A DNA stretch of 64,000 nt from Pseudomonadota bacterium (lineage in GTDB: Bacteria; Pseudomonadota; Gammaproteobacteria; Steroidobacterales; Steroidobacteraceae), in NCBI GenBank assembly GCA_021792555.1, contig JAJYUL010000016.1:1632-65631 (forward strand). The letters run 5' to 3'. This document shows, piece after piece, positions 8,338 to 17,161 of the stretch. The notes under the pieces are model-generated. The model searched no databases and was not told the DNA's origin. It saw only the letters and a program-made list of their open reading frames with translations. A program made the position numbers and the translations under genes. How positions within the stretch are numbered: the stretch's first letter is position 1; each line of letters starts with the position of its first letter.

Positions 8338-9108
8338 TCAGCCGCACTTCGAATCACCGCAGTTCAGACACGTCATGCACCCGTCCATCATCACGACGGC
8401 GGCGGTGCTGCATTTGGCGCAGAGCTGCGCGCCTTCCGGAAAATCGGACTTGGCAAACGCATCGGTCTGTCGGGCACGGGCCTCGTATTCGGCGCGCTTT
8501 TCATCCACCAGCTTCTGTTGATGCTCGTCGAGCTGCGGCTTGCGCAGCAGTCCGATCGTCTGCAGGTGCCGCTCGATGACGTAGCCGAGTTCGGCAATGA
8601 TCGACGGCATGAACTTCCCGCCCGGCTGCCAGTAGCCGCCGCGCGGATCGAACACGGCCTTGAGCTCATCGACCAGGAAGGTGACGTCGCCGCCCTTGCG
8701 GAACACCGCGGAGATGATGCGGGTCAGCGCGACGATCCACTGGAAATGATCGAGGTTCTTCGAGTTGATGAAGATCTCGAACGGTCGGCGCTGCTCGTAC
8801 TCGGTGCCTTCGTTGAGCACGATGTCGTTGATGGTCACGTACATGGCGTGATCGGAGATCGGCGTCTTGATCTTGTAGGTCGAGCCGATCAGCACCTCCG
8901 GGCGCTCAAGCTTCTCGTGCATCCGGATCACTTGAGCCATATGGCCGTTCTTGTCGCGCACCGTGGTGGTGGTGGGAATGGGCGGCAGATTCGTCGGTGC
9001 CGGCGAACTGGCCGCCTGCGCCACCGCGGCCTTCTCGGCCTGGATTTCCTCAGGCTTCTGCACCTGGTATTTGACGATTTTTCTCTCGATCTTGATGGTC
9101 ATGGTCAT
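8338..9108 (-). CDS. nrdJ: Class II (adenosylcobalamin-dependent) ribonucleotide reductase, small C-terminal polypeptide NrdJb
   Basis: 256 aa. C-terminal Cys cluster CAKCSTAAVVMMDGCMTCLNCGDSKCG. Lies directly downstream of nrdJa, as in the split Pseudomonas-type NrdJa/NrdJb. Confidence 0.85.
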   Translation of the reverse strand: MTMTIKIERKIVKYQVQKPEEIQAEKAAVAQAASSPAPTNLPPIPTTTTVRDKNGHMAQVIRMHEKLERPEVLIGSTYKIKTPISDHAMYVTINDIVLNEGTEYEQRRPFEIFINSKNLDHFQWIVALTRIISAVFRKGGDVTFLVDELKAVFDPRGGYWQPGGKFMPSIIAELGYVIERHLQTIGLLRKPQLDEHQQKLVDEKRAEYEARARQTDAFAKSDFPEGAQLCAKCSTAAVVMMDGCMTCLNCGDSKCG

Positions 9109-9136
9109 CGTCCGGTATGCGCGGGGCTCCTCCGGC

Positions 9137-12100
9137 TCAATACTTGCCGAAATAGCCTTCCTTCAGGCTATCGAAGAGATTGGCGGCCGAATGCAGCTCG
9201 CCCTCGTACTCGATCTCCTCGTCGCCGCGCGCCTCGACGACGGTCCCGTCATCGAGCGTGAATTTGTACACCGTGTTCTTCAGGTCCTGCTCCTTGACCA
9301 GCACGCCCTGGAAGGCCTCCGGGTTGAAGCGGAAGGTCGTGCAGCCCTTCAGGCCCTGCTCGTGGGCGTACAGGTAGATGTCCTTGAACTTCTCGTACGG
9401 GAAGTCCGTCGGCACGTTGGCCGTCTTCGAGATTGAGGAGTCGACCCAGCGCTGGGCAGCCGCCTGCACGTCGACATGCTCCTTCGGCGTGATGTCCTCG
9501 GAGGCGATGAAATAATCCGGCAGCTTCTCGGACTCGGCGGCCGCACCGGGCGTGGCGTGCGGATTGACGAGCTCGCGGTACGCCAGCAGCTCGAAGGAAT
9601 AAACGCCGATCTTCTCCTTGGTCTTGCGCCCCGGCCGGATCACGTTGCGGAAGTAGTGGTGCGCGAACGATGGCTCGATGCCGTTCGAAGCATTGTTGGC
9701 GAGCGAGAGCGAAATGGTTCCGGTCGGCGCGATCGACGTGTGGTGCGTATAGCGTGCGCCCGTTTCGGCCAGTTCCTCGACGAGACGGGGCGCGATCTGC
9801 GCGATCCGCTGCATGTAGCGGCTGTACTTGGCGTGCAGGACGCGTCCCGGCACCTGATCGCCGACCTTCCAGCCGTCGCGGATCATCTCGGGACGCTTGC
9901 GCAGCATGGCGCCCGTCACCGTGAACAGCTCGGTCATGATGGGCGCGGGGCCTTTTTCGCGCGACAGATCGAGCGCCTCCTCCCAGCCGGCGACCGCCAT
10001 TTCGCGCGCGACGTCCTCGGTGAACTTCACCGATTCGGGCGAACCGTACTTGATGCCGAGCAGCGCCAGGGTGCTGCCGAGGCCGAGGAACCCCATGCCG
10101 TGGCGTCGCTTGCGCATGATTTCGTCGCGCTGCCGCTCGAGCGGCAGGCCATTGATCTCGACCACATTGTCGAGCATGCGGGCGAAGACCTTGACGACCT
10201 GGCGGTACTCCTCCCAGTCGAAGCGCGCATGATCCGTGAACGGGTCGCGCACGAATCGCGTCAGATTGACAGAACCCAACAGGCAGCTTCCATACGGTGG
10301 AAGCGGCTGTTCGCCGCACGGATTGGTGGCGCGGATGTTCTCACACCACCAGTTGTTGTTCATCTCATTGACGCGGTCGATGAGAATGAACCCAGGCTCG
10401 GCGAAATCGTAGGTCGACGTCATGATGACGTCCCACATGCGCCGTGCCGGCAGTGTCTTATAGATCTTGCACGCGACCAGCCCGTCCTCGTTGAGGACGT
10501 ACTGGTCGTGCACGGGCCACTCGCGCCAGATGAACTTGGCAGTGTCGTTCAGATCGGGCTTGTCGGCCTCGTATTCCTTGCGCGACAGCGGAAACGCGAG
10601 CTTCCATTCGCCGTTTTGCCGAACCGCCTGCATGAACTCATCGGTGATCAGCAACGACAGATTGAACTGCCGCAGCCGGCCGGCCTCGCGCTTGGCCTTG
10701 ACGAACTCCATGGCATCGGGATGGCCGACGTCGAACGTGCCCATCTGCGCGCCGCGGCGGCCGCCGGCCGAGGAGACGGTGAAACACATCTTGTCGAAGA
10801 TGTCCATGAACGACAGCGGGCCTGAGGTGTAGGCACCCGCGCCCGAGACGTACGCGCCGCGCGGGCGGAGCGTCGAGAACTCGTAGCCGATACCGCAGTT
10901 GTGGATGACCGCGAGCCCGCGGTTACCGGCCAGGTAGTTGTTGTGCCCATCGACCGTGAAGTCGAAGAACGTCTCCGGCAGCGGCAACGCCCGCTCGATT
11001 CGCTCGACCGGCCGCAGGCTCATCGCGAAGCGAATGAGATCGGCGAGCTGCGGGAAGTGTGCAAGCCACTTGTCCAGCCAGACTCGGCTGACGCGGTCGC
11101 GGCGGTGGTGCCCGTGATAGAAACCCAGGCGCCGGCGCTCTTGATCCGACAGCGCGGCGTTTGCGGATTCGAGCGCCTGACGCAGCGCATCGGGCATCGC
11201 GTAGCGGTCATGCTGGCCGGGCGTGGACGCGCAGCGCGCAATGCGCTGGCGCTTGCCCGCATCGGCCATGAACTGCGCGACGCGGCCCAGGAACTGCGAG
11301 TCGGAGATCTTGAGGACTGCGCCGCGGCCTGCCGCTGCGGGGAGGCCGCTTAGAATATGCGCGCGCCTGTCGCAGAGCGTAACCGCGCCGTGAACGCCGA
11401 ATAGGCCGAGGAGCGCCTGAAGCTCGCGCGCAAATGTCTCGCTCTTCGTCGAAATGGACACGCTGCCGCGCTCGGTCGAGACCGTCCCGTCGGTGTCGAT
11501 CAATCCGGCCAGGAACGGCAGGAAGAAGCGCTCCGGTTCCGCCGCCACCCATGCCGGCACGCGCAGCGGCGCGGATCTCCCGCCAGTCTGCCCATCGATG
11601 AGATCGACCGCGCTTGCATCGAAGCGGTCCGCCGTGAGGTCCCACACCGGAGTGCCGTTTGCGGTCCTCGCGGACACCACTTGCGCCCGGCTGTCGGCAA
11701 AGGCGGCAAAGAACGCTGCGTAACGCTCCGCGACCTCGCGCGCGGCTGCGCGAATCTTGAACACGATCCGGCGTCCGGATGCACCGGCCTTGCCATGCCA
11801 TCTCAGGCGCGCGGGCTTGTCCGGGTGTTCCTCTTCGCATGCGCTGCCGTCGCCGAGATGCGCCCCGGCGAACCATGCCTCGAGCGCGCGCTCCGTCTCA
11901 CCCGCCCATTCGTAGCGGTGGTGTACGAGCGCATCCGACTCCCTCACCTCATCGGCCCGCACGTAAACCAGCCGCTCTTCGCGGAACACCAGCACCGGGT
12001 GGCGAATCGAAGTCGTCAGCGAGAGGCCGTTTGACCAGATGCGGATGTTCTCGTGCTGCGGCACATGCGTGGTCATGTGCCGCAGGATCCTGCGCATCTC

Positions 12101-12601
12101 GAAGCGACGCGTCTCGCGATCGTAACTAAGAATGCACTCGTGCTTCTCCTGCACCGCCTGATCGGCGGTAACCAGGCCGCGCTCGGTGCGCACCCAGGTG
12201 CCAGGCGCCACGCACCCGGCCTTCAGCGTCAGGCCTGCCTCGTGGACCTTGCCCAGGATGTTGTCCATCGAGTCCTCGATGGTGCCCGAGACGGTGCAGT
12301 TGATCGTCGAGGTAGCCGGCTTGTGCTCAAGCGCTCCGGCGTTGGAGGTGACGCGGCCGGCCGGAATGGCGCCGCGGCGCAGCGCCCAGAGGAATCGCTC
12401 GTACCAGTGCTCGCGCAGCTCTTCCCGCTCGACGTCCGCCAGCGCGCGCGCAACACGCTTGTACGTGTCGTCCATCGTCTTGTCGATGGGCGTGCCGTCT
12501 TTGGCGGTCAGCCGGTACTTCTTGTCCCAGATGTCGATGGACGCTTCCTGGAACGGAATGGCGTCTACATCCTTTGATTCGATCTTCACGACGGTATTCA
12601 T
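9137..12601 (-). CDS. nrdJ: Class II ribonucleotide reductase large polypeptide NrdJa, intein-containing precursor
   Basis: Start MNTVVKIESKDVDAIPFQEASIDIWDKKY at 12601. Conserved RNR blocks NPCGEQPLPPYGSCLLGSVNL and TSIAPTGTISL. 1154 codons including a 439-codon insert. Confidence 0.9.
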   Translation of the reverse strand: MNTVVKIESKDVDAIPFQEASIDIWDKKYRLTAKDGTPIDKTMDDTYKRVARALADVEREELREHWYERFLWALRRGAIPAGRVTSNAGALEHKPATSTINCTVSGTIEDSMDNILGKVHEAGLTLKAGCVAPGTWVRTERGLVTADQAVQEKHECILSYDRETRRFEMRRILRHMTTHVPQHENIRIWSNGLSLTTSIRHPVLVFREERLVYVRADEVRESDALVHHRYEWAGETERALEAWFAGAHLGDGSACEEEHPDKPARLRWHGKAGASGRRIVFKIRAAAREVAERYAAFFAAFADSRAQVVSARTANGTPVWDLTADRFDASAVDLIDGQTGGRSAPLRVPAWVAAEPERFFLPFLAGLIDTDGTVSTERGSVSISTKSETFARELQALLGLFGVHGAVTLCDRRAHILSGLPAAAGRGAVLKISDSQFLGRVAQFMADAGKRQRIARCASTPGQHDRYAMPDALRQALESANAALSDQERRRLGFYHGHHRRDRVSRVWLDKWLAHFPQLADLIRFAMSLRPVERIERALPLPETFFDFTVDGHNNYLAGNRGLAVIHNCGIGYEFSTLRPRGAYVSGAGAYTSGPLSFMDIFDKMCFTVSSAGGRRGAQMGTFDVGHPDAMEFVKAKREAGRLRQFNLSLLITDEFMQAVRQNGEWKLAFPLSRKEYEADKPDLNDTAKFIWREWPVHDQYVLNEDGLVACKIYKTLPARRMWDVIMTSTYDFAEPGFILIDRVNEMNNNWWCENIRATNPCGEQPLPPYGSCLLGSVNLTRFVRDPFTDHARFDWEEYRQVVKVFARMLDNVVEINGLPLERQRDEIMRKRRHGMGFLGLGSTLALLGIKYGSPESVKFTEDVAREMAVAGWEEALDLSREKGPAPIMTELFTVTGAMLRKRPEMIRDGWKVGDQVPGRVLHAKYSRYMQRIAQIAPRLVEELAETGARYTHHTSIAPTGTISLSLANNASNGIEPSFAHHYFRNVIRPGRKTKEKIGVYSFELLAYRELVNPHATPGAAAESEKLPDYFIASEDITPKEHVDVQAAAQRWVDSSISKTANVPTDFPYEKFKDIYLYAHEQGLKGCTTFRFNPEAFQGVLVKEQDLKNTVYKFTLDDGTVVEARGDEEIEYEGELHSAANLFDSLKEGYFGKY
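10898..12214 (-). mobile_element. Intein with LAGLIDADG homing-endonuclease domain inside nrdJa
   Basis: Junctions GLTLKAG|CVAPGTWV... and ...LAVIHN|CGIGYEFSTLRP. Block B TTSIRHP. Two LAGLIDADG-type motifs, WFAGAHLGDGSA and FLAGLIDTDGTV. Block F/G FFDFTVDGHNNYLAG...VIHN followed by a +1 Cys. Confidence 0.85.
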
Positions 12602-12762
12602 GTGTCCGCGGCGCCCCAAGTGTCTGCACACCGGATCACAGGAGATACGGGCGGCGCGGAACGCGCGGGGCTGCGCGCACCGGATCCGCCGGTACGCCGA
12701 TCCACAGCCTGTATCCCCCTGAGCCTCCCCGAACGCGCGATCTCGCAGCCCCCCGAAGGCGG

Positions 12763-12778
12763 ACACAAGATCTTGTGT
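12763..12778. promoter_or_regulatory. Candidate NrdR box
   Basis: Perfect 16-bp palindrome ACACAAGATCTTGTGT (ACAC-N8-GTGT, as in the NrdR-box consensus), 10 nt downstream of the putative -10. A degenerate partner ACGCGCGATCTCGCAG lies at 12733-12748, about 30 bp centre to centre. Confidence 0.5.
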
Positions 12779-12788
12779 CGGGGTAAAG

Positions 12789-12817
12789 AGCCTAATGAGC
12801 ACCCGCCTTGACGTCAA
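12789..12817 (-). promoter_or_regulatory. Putative sigma70 promoter of nrdJab
   Basis: Minus strand reads TTGACG (12817-12812), a 17 nt spacer, then TAGGCT (12794-12789). Confidence 0.4.
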
Positions 12818-13044
12818 GATTCCATTCGGCCGCAAAGGCGTCGCTCTAAGCCTTCAAAAACAAAGGGTTATGATGAAACCCGCCAATTCGATGCCAGGAA
12901 TTTTTTGCGGAAAGCCGAAAGCAGCACCGCGGTATAACCCCAAGATATTGTATCCCCCGGAATCGCACAGGTTGTGCACACCCTGTCCCCCGAGCCCGCA
13001 GGACGCGCGAATGCTCGGGCCGCAACGGCACGACCCCCGCGCGG

Positions 13045-13072
13045 CTTGAAAATTCCGCCACCGGCCACAGAT
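13045..13072 (+). promoter_or_regulatory. Sigma32 (RpoH)-type heat-shock promoter upstream of hsp20
   Basis: CTTGAAA (13045-13051), a 13 nt spacer, then CCACAGAT (13065-13072). Consensus is CTTGAAA-N13-15-CCCCATNT. Confidence 0.45.
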
Positions 13073-13131
13073 CGGTTTCAACCCGACATACGGTGCCGAC
13101 ACCTGACATCATCATCATTGGAGGTTGGATC

Positions 13132-13569
13132 ATGACTGTTGTTCGCTATCAGCCCTGGACGCTCATCGACACCCTGCAGCGCCAGCTCGATCAGGCCTTC
13201 GCCACGGACAGCGGCGACAGCCCCGCCACGGCGGACGTCTCGTGGATCCCTCAGGTCGACATTTACGAGGAGCCCGGCCGCTACGTGGTCGTCGCCGACG
13301 TTCCGGGAGTCGAGCCGAAGGACATCTGCATCACTGCCGACAAGGGCCTGCTCACCATCCGCGGCGAGAAACATCCGCGCGGGACTGAGGACAGCAACAC
13401 CCGCCAGCGTCTCGAGCGCCGTACCGGGGCGTTCCTGCGCACCTTCACACTGCCGGAGGGAGCCGACGTGGAGGCGATTTCGGCCAAGCAGGCGCACGGC
13501 GTGCTGGAAGTGATCATCCCGAAGCAGCCGCAGCTGCAGCCGCGCACCATCGAGGTGCGCGCGGCCTGA
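13132..13569 (+). CDS. Small heat-shock protein, Hsp20/alpha-crystallin family
   Basis: MTVVRYQPW...IPQVDIYEEPGRYVVVADVPGV...FLRTFTLPEGADVEAISAKQAHGVLEVIIPK. GGAGG lies 8 nt upstream of the ATG. Confidence 0.9.
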   Translation: MTVVRYQPWTLIDTLQRQLDQAFATDSGDSPATADVSWIPQVDIYEEPGRYVVVADVPGVEPKDICITADKGLLTIRGEKHPRGTEDSNTRQRLERRTGAFLRTFTLPEGADVEAISAKQAHGVLEVIIPKQPQLQPRTIEVRAA

Positions 13570-13581
13570 AGCCGGGGATGG

Positions 13582-13615
13582 ACGCCCCGGGGAGCGGCTC
13601 CGTTCCCCGGGGCGT
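13582..13615 (+). terminator. GC-rich hairpin after hsp20
   Basis: ACGCCCCGGGGA-N10-TCCCCGGGGCGT (12-bp stem). No U-tract. Confidence 0.35.
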
Positions 13616-13683
13616 ACAATCGCTTGGGCGACGGGATTTGGGACGCGGATGGCGGTCCGCGGCGCAAACGGGAGACCTCCCTT

Positions 13684-14622
13684 ATGGCAGCGCCGATGAA
13701 CATCTGTGTGCTGGGCGGTACCGGCTTCGTCGGCACCGCGCTCATCAACCGGCTCGCGCAGCAGGGCCATTGGGTGAGCGTACCCACCCGCGATCCGGAG
13801 CTGCATCAGGGGCTGCGGGTTCTGGCCACGGTCCGGCTGATCCGGGCCAACGTGTACGACGCGCGTGTGCTAGACCGCCTGGTCGACGGAGCGGACGCGG
13901 TCGTCAATCTCATCGGAATCCTGAACGAGCACGGTCGCAATACCTTTCAGCACGTCCACGCCGATCTCGCCGCGAAGCTGGTGGCGGCGATGAAGGCAGG
14001 CCGGGTCCGGCGCCTGCTGCACATGAGCGCCCTCGGCGCCGACCCGCATGGGCCGAGCGCTTACCTGCGCAGCAAGGGCGAGGCCGAGGCGCAGGTGCGC
14101 GCCGCCGCGGACCACCTTGATTTCACGATCTTGCGCCCGTCGGTGATATTCGGACCGGGCGATTCGCTCACCAACCGGTTCGCCGGCCTGCTGCACCTGT
14201 CGCACGGCTGGCTGCCGCTCGCCCGGGCTCGTGCCCGGTTCGCCCCGGTCTACGTCGGCGACGTTGCCGACGCCTTCGTGCATGCCCTGCACGAGCGAAA
14301 CACCTTCGGCCAGACTTACGAGCTTTGCGGCCCCGAGGTCATGACGCTCGAGCAGATCGTGCGCACGACGGCGGCATTCGGCGCGCTGCCGTGCCGGATA
14401 CTGCGGCTGCCGGATGCTCTGGGGCGCCTGCAGGGCATCGTCATGGGGTGGATACCGGGCAAGCCCTTCACGCTCGATAACTTCCGCTCCCTGACACGCG
14501 ACAGCATCTGTGCGGAGGATGGCTTTGCGCGCCTGGGACTGCCGCGCCACCGGATGATGGAGATCCTGCCGACCTACCTGACGCCGCAAGCAGCCCCGAA
14601 AGCGATCGCGGCAGCAATCTGA
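13684..14622 (+). CDS. NAD(P)-binding SDR-family protein, NDUFA9/complex I 39 kDa-like
   Basis: Rossmann motif VLGGTGFVGTAL and an atypical-SDR layout. Start MAAPMNICVLGG. Confidence 0.7.
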   Translation: MAAPMNICVLGGTGFVGTALINRLAQQGHWVSVPTRDPELHQGLRVLATVRLIRANVYDARVLDRLVDGADAVVNLIGILNEHGRNTFQHVHADLAAKLVAAMKAGRVRRLLHMSALGADPHGPSAYLRSKGEAEAQVRAAADHLDFTILRPSVIFGPGDSLTNRFAGLLHLSHGWLPLARARARFAPVYVGDVADAFVHALHERNTFGQTYELCGPEVMTLEQIVRTTAAFGALPCRILRLPDALGRLQGIVMGWIPGKPFTLDNFRSLTRDSICAEDGFARLGLPRHRMMEILPTYLTPQAAPKAIAAAI

Positions 14623-14697
14623 CCGGGGGCGGAGCGCTCCAGCCGGCACGATGCCCCGCCGCGGCGCTCAGGGGGCTGTCAGGGCCGGCGCCCCGCC

Positions 14698-15912
14698 TCA
14701 GCGCAGCGCCTCAATCGCCTCCAGCCGTCTGGCCCGGATCCGCTCGCCGATGGCCGGCCCCGCCAGGCCTTCGCGCTCTTCGCGCGTCAGCGCGACAGCC
14801 GCGGCCGCCGCGCGGGCGCGCCGCAGATAATCCCCCTGGGGGTAAGGCCGTGCCTCGAGCCCCGCGCGGCCACGCGCGTCCGCCTCGCAAGCCCGCAGCA
14901 GCTCATCGAATCGATCCGGTCGGCGCATGGCGTCCGTCGCCTCGATGAGTTTCAGCACAGTGGCTGCCCGCATTTGCTCGGCGCGGTGCACCTGGGCATG
15001 AAACCGCGCCGTCAGCACCGCAAGCTCCCGGTACGCATTGGGAGCCTTCAGGCGCGCACACAACGTCTCGATCAGCGGGACGCCCTCCTCCTCGTGGCCA
15101 TGGTGGCTCGGCCAGCGATCGGGCGCGGTGAGCGCCTTGCCCAGATCGTGCGTGAGCACCGCAAAGCGCACGGGGGTCGAGAAGCCGGCATCGGCCGCCC
15201 AGCGCAGCGCCAGCATGACGTGCGCGCCGGTGTCGATTTCCGGGTGCCACTTGGCCGGTTGCGGCACGCCGTAGAGCGCAGCCACTTCCGGAAAGATCAC
15301 CGCCAGCGCGCCGCACGCGCGCAGCGTCTCGAAGAACACCTCCGGCCGGCTCTCCCCGAGCGCGCGCTCGGTCTCCTGCCAGACCCGCTCCGGCACCAGG
15401 GCGCCGAGTTCGCCGGACTCGCTCATGCGGCGCATCAGCGCCAGGGTCTGCTCGGCCACGCGAAATCCCAGCGCCGCATAACGGGCCGCGAACCGCGCGA
15501 CGCGCAGCACCCGCACCGGGTCCTCGACGAAGGCCTCGGACACATGCCGCAGCAGCCGCGCCTCGAGGTCCCGCCGCCCCCCGTAGGGGTCGATGATCTC
15601 GCCGGCGGCGTTCTCGGCCATGGCGTTGATGGTCAGATCCCTCCGGCGCAGGTCCTGCTCCAGCGTCACCGCGGGGGAAAATTCGGTGGCGAATCCCCGA
15701 TAGCCCGGCGCCACCTTGCGCTCCAGACGCGCCAGCGCGTATTCCTCACGGGTTTTGGGGTGCAGGAACACCGGGAATTCCCGGCCGACGGGGAGGTAGC
15801 CCTGACGCTCGAGGTCCTCCGGGCGGGCGCCCACCACCACCCAGTCGCGCTCGGTCACCGTCCGACCGAGCAACCGGTCCCGCACCGCGCCGCCGACTAG
15901 GTAGACTTCCAT
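14698..15912 (-). CDS. cca: CCA-adding tRNA nucleotidyltransferase with HD domain
   Basis: [16 protein letters not shown]...[10 protein letters not shown]...HD-domain LTHDLGK. The ORF-track start at 16983 is an artefactual extension. Confidence 0.9.
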   Translation of the reverse strand: MEVYLVGGAVRDRLLGRTVTERDWVVVGARPEDLERQGYLPVGREFPVFLHPKTREEYALARLERKVAPGYRGFATEFSPAVTLEQDLRRRDLTINAMAENAAGEIIDPYGGRRDLEARLLRHVSEAFVEDPVRVLRVARFAARYAALGFRVAEQTLALMRRMSESGELGALVPERVWQETERALGESRPEVFFETLRACGALAVIFPEVAALYGVPQPAKWHPEIDTGAHVMLALRWAADAGFSTPVRFAVLTHDLGKALTAPDRWPSHHGHEEEGVPLIETLCARLKAPNAYRELAVLTARFHAQVHRAEQMRAATVLKLIEATDAMRRPDRFDELLRACEADARGRAGLEARPYPQGDYLRRARAAAAAVALTREEREGLAGPAIGERIRARRLEAIEALR

Positions 15913-15918
15913 GCACAC

Positions 15919-17025
15919 ATGGTAACCGACCCGAGCGGCCGTTCCCTGCGCGATTGGCGCATCCTCACTGCGCGGGCCGTCCGGCGGACGGCGCGCCTGG
16001 CCGGCGTCGCACTGACGCTGGCGGCGCTCGGCGGCTGCGCCAGCACGCTGTACCTGATGCAGGCGGCGGTTGGCGAATGGCACGTCATCCACGCGCGCCG
16101 ACCCATCGTGGATGTGATCGACAACCCGGACACGCCGCAGAGGCTGGTGCGCGAGCTCGGCGAGGTGCGCGAAGCACGCCGCTTCGCCTCGCAGCAGCTC
16201 GATCTGCCGAACAACGACAGTTACCGAACCTACGTGAACATCGGCCGCCGGTACGTCGTGTGGAACGTGGTCGCCGCGCCGGAATTCTCCGTCAAGCCCA
16301 AACAGTGGTGCTTTCCGATCGCCGGTTGCGTGGCCTATCGCGGCTATTTTCACAAGCGCAGCGCGGAGGCGTTCGCCGCGCACCTGAAGCGGCGCGGCTA
16401 CGATGTGCTCATCGAGGGCGTGCCGGCCTACTCGACGCTCGGGCGGCTGCCCGATCCGATCATGAGCAGCATGATGCGCTACGGGAGCGATGAGCTCGCG
16501 GCCATGATCTTCCATGAACTCGCGCACCAGCTTCTCTACGTGCCCAACGACTCGCGCTTCGACGAGGCGTTTGCGATGACCGTGGAGAATGACGGCCTGA
16601 AACGCTGGCTCCGCTATCGCCACGAGCCGGGGCGCATCGCCGAGTTCGAACGGCTCGATACCGCCGACCGCGCCTTCGCTGCGCTCCTGCGCGGCACGCG
16701 CGAGCGTCTCGCCCGGCTGTACTCCTCGAAGATCCCGAGCGCGCGCATGCTGCGGCGCAAGAAGGCGGTCTTCGCGCGGCTGGCCCGGCAGATCCGCGCC
16801 CTCGAACGGCGCCTGCACGTGCGCGCGCCCGTATATAACCGGTGGATCCGCGAGGGACTGAACAACGCCGATCTCGTCTCGGTCGGCACCTACTACGACT
16901 GTCTGCCGGGGTTCGAGCGGCTGTTGAAACGCGAGCAGGGCAATCTGCCGCGCTTCTACGCCGCGGCGCGCCGGCTGGCGCACGAGCCCCGGGCCGAGCG
17001 GGACCGCAAGCTCTGCCGGTCCTGA
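15919..17025 (+). CDS. Predicted aminopeptidase lipoprotein (DUF2265-like, HExxH)
   Basis: Lipobox LAALGGC and metalloprotease motif FHELAHQ. Confidence 0.7.
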   Translation: MVTDPSGRSLRDWRILTARAVRRTARLAGVALTLAALGGCASTLYLMQAAVGEWHVIHARRPIVDVIDNPDTPQRLVRELGEVREARRFASQQLDLPNNDSYRTYVNIGRRYVVWNVVAAPEFSVKPKQWCFPIAGCVAYRGYFHKRSAEAFAAHLKRRGYDVLIEGVPAYSTLGRLPDPIMSSMMRYGSDELAAMIFHELAHQLLYVPNDSRFDEAFAMTVENDGLKRWLRYRHEPGRIAEFERLDTADRAFAALLRGTRERLARLYSSKIPSARMLRRKKAVFARLARQIRALERRLHVRAPVYNRWIREGLNNADLVSVGTYYDCLPGFERLLKREQGNLPRFYAAARRLAHEPRAERDRKLCRS

Positions 17026-17119
17026 GGCAGGTTCGCGGGCGCTGAGCGCACAGTGCGCCTGACGAACATCGGCTCGGCAACCCGCGCCGTTTGCGAGGAT
17101 TGCCGAACCGAACCGTCAT

Positions 17120-17150
17120 GGCCGTGCCGCGCGTGCCGCGCGGCACGGCC
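17120..17150. terminator. 14-bp-stem hairpin between convergent genes
   Basis: GGCCGTGCCGCGCG-TGC-CGCGCGGCACGGCC. No U-tract. Confidence 0.35.
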
Positions 17151-17161
17151 ACCCGAGACGC

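Noticed and set aside
9476-10825. 449-aa plus-strand ORF (and several others between 9180 and 12722) overlapping nrdJa
   Set aside because: It is antisense to a gene with unambiguous RNR homology. Its composition is Arg/Gly/Ala-rich and it has no recognisable motifs. This is the typical shadow ORF of high-GC DNA.
12602-12760. Possible cobalamin riboswitch in the long nrdJ leader
   Set aside because: I could not find a B12-box-like element (GCCACTG context) or the conserved core by eye. A covariance-model scan would be needed, so I make no claim.
12938-12953. A further NrdR-box-like sequence CCCCAAGATATTGTAT about 150 bp upstream of the nrdJ promoter
   Set aside because: It matches the consensus at 12 of 16 positions but lies well upstream of the promoter, with no properly spaced partner. 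Its functional relevance is doubtful.
13073-13131. ROSE-like RNA thermometer in the hsp20 leader
   Set aside because: Only a 5-bp pairing with the Shine-Dalgarno region was found. No conserved ROSE hairpin with a bulged G is recognisable.
15913-16983. The ORF-track 761-aa version of cca extending upstream over the aminopeptidase gene
   Set aside because: CCA-enzyme homology begins at [12 protein letters not shown] (start 15912). The extension is antisense to a plus-strand gene that has a lipobox and an HExxH motif.
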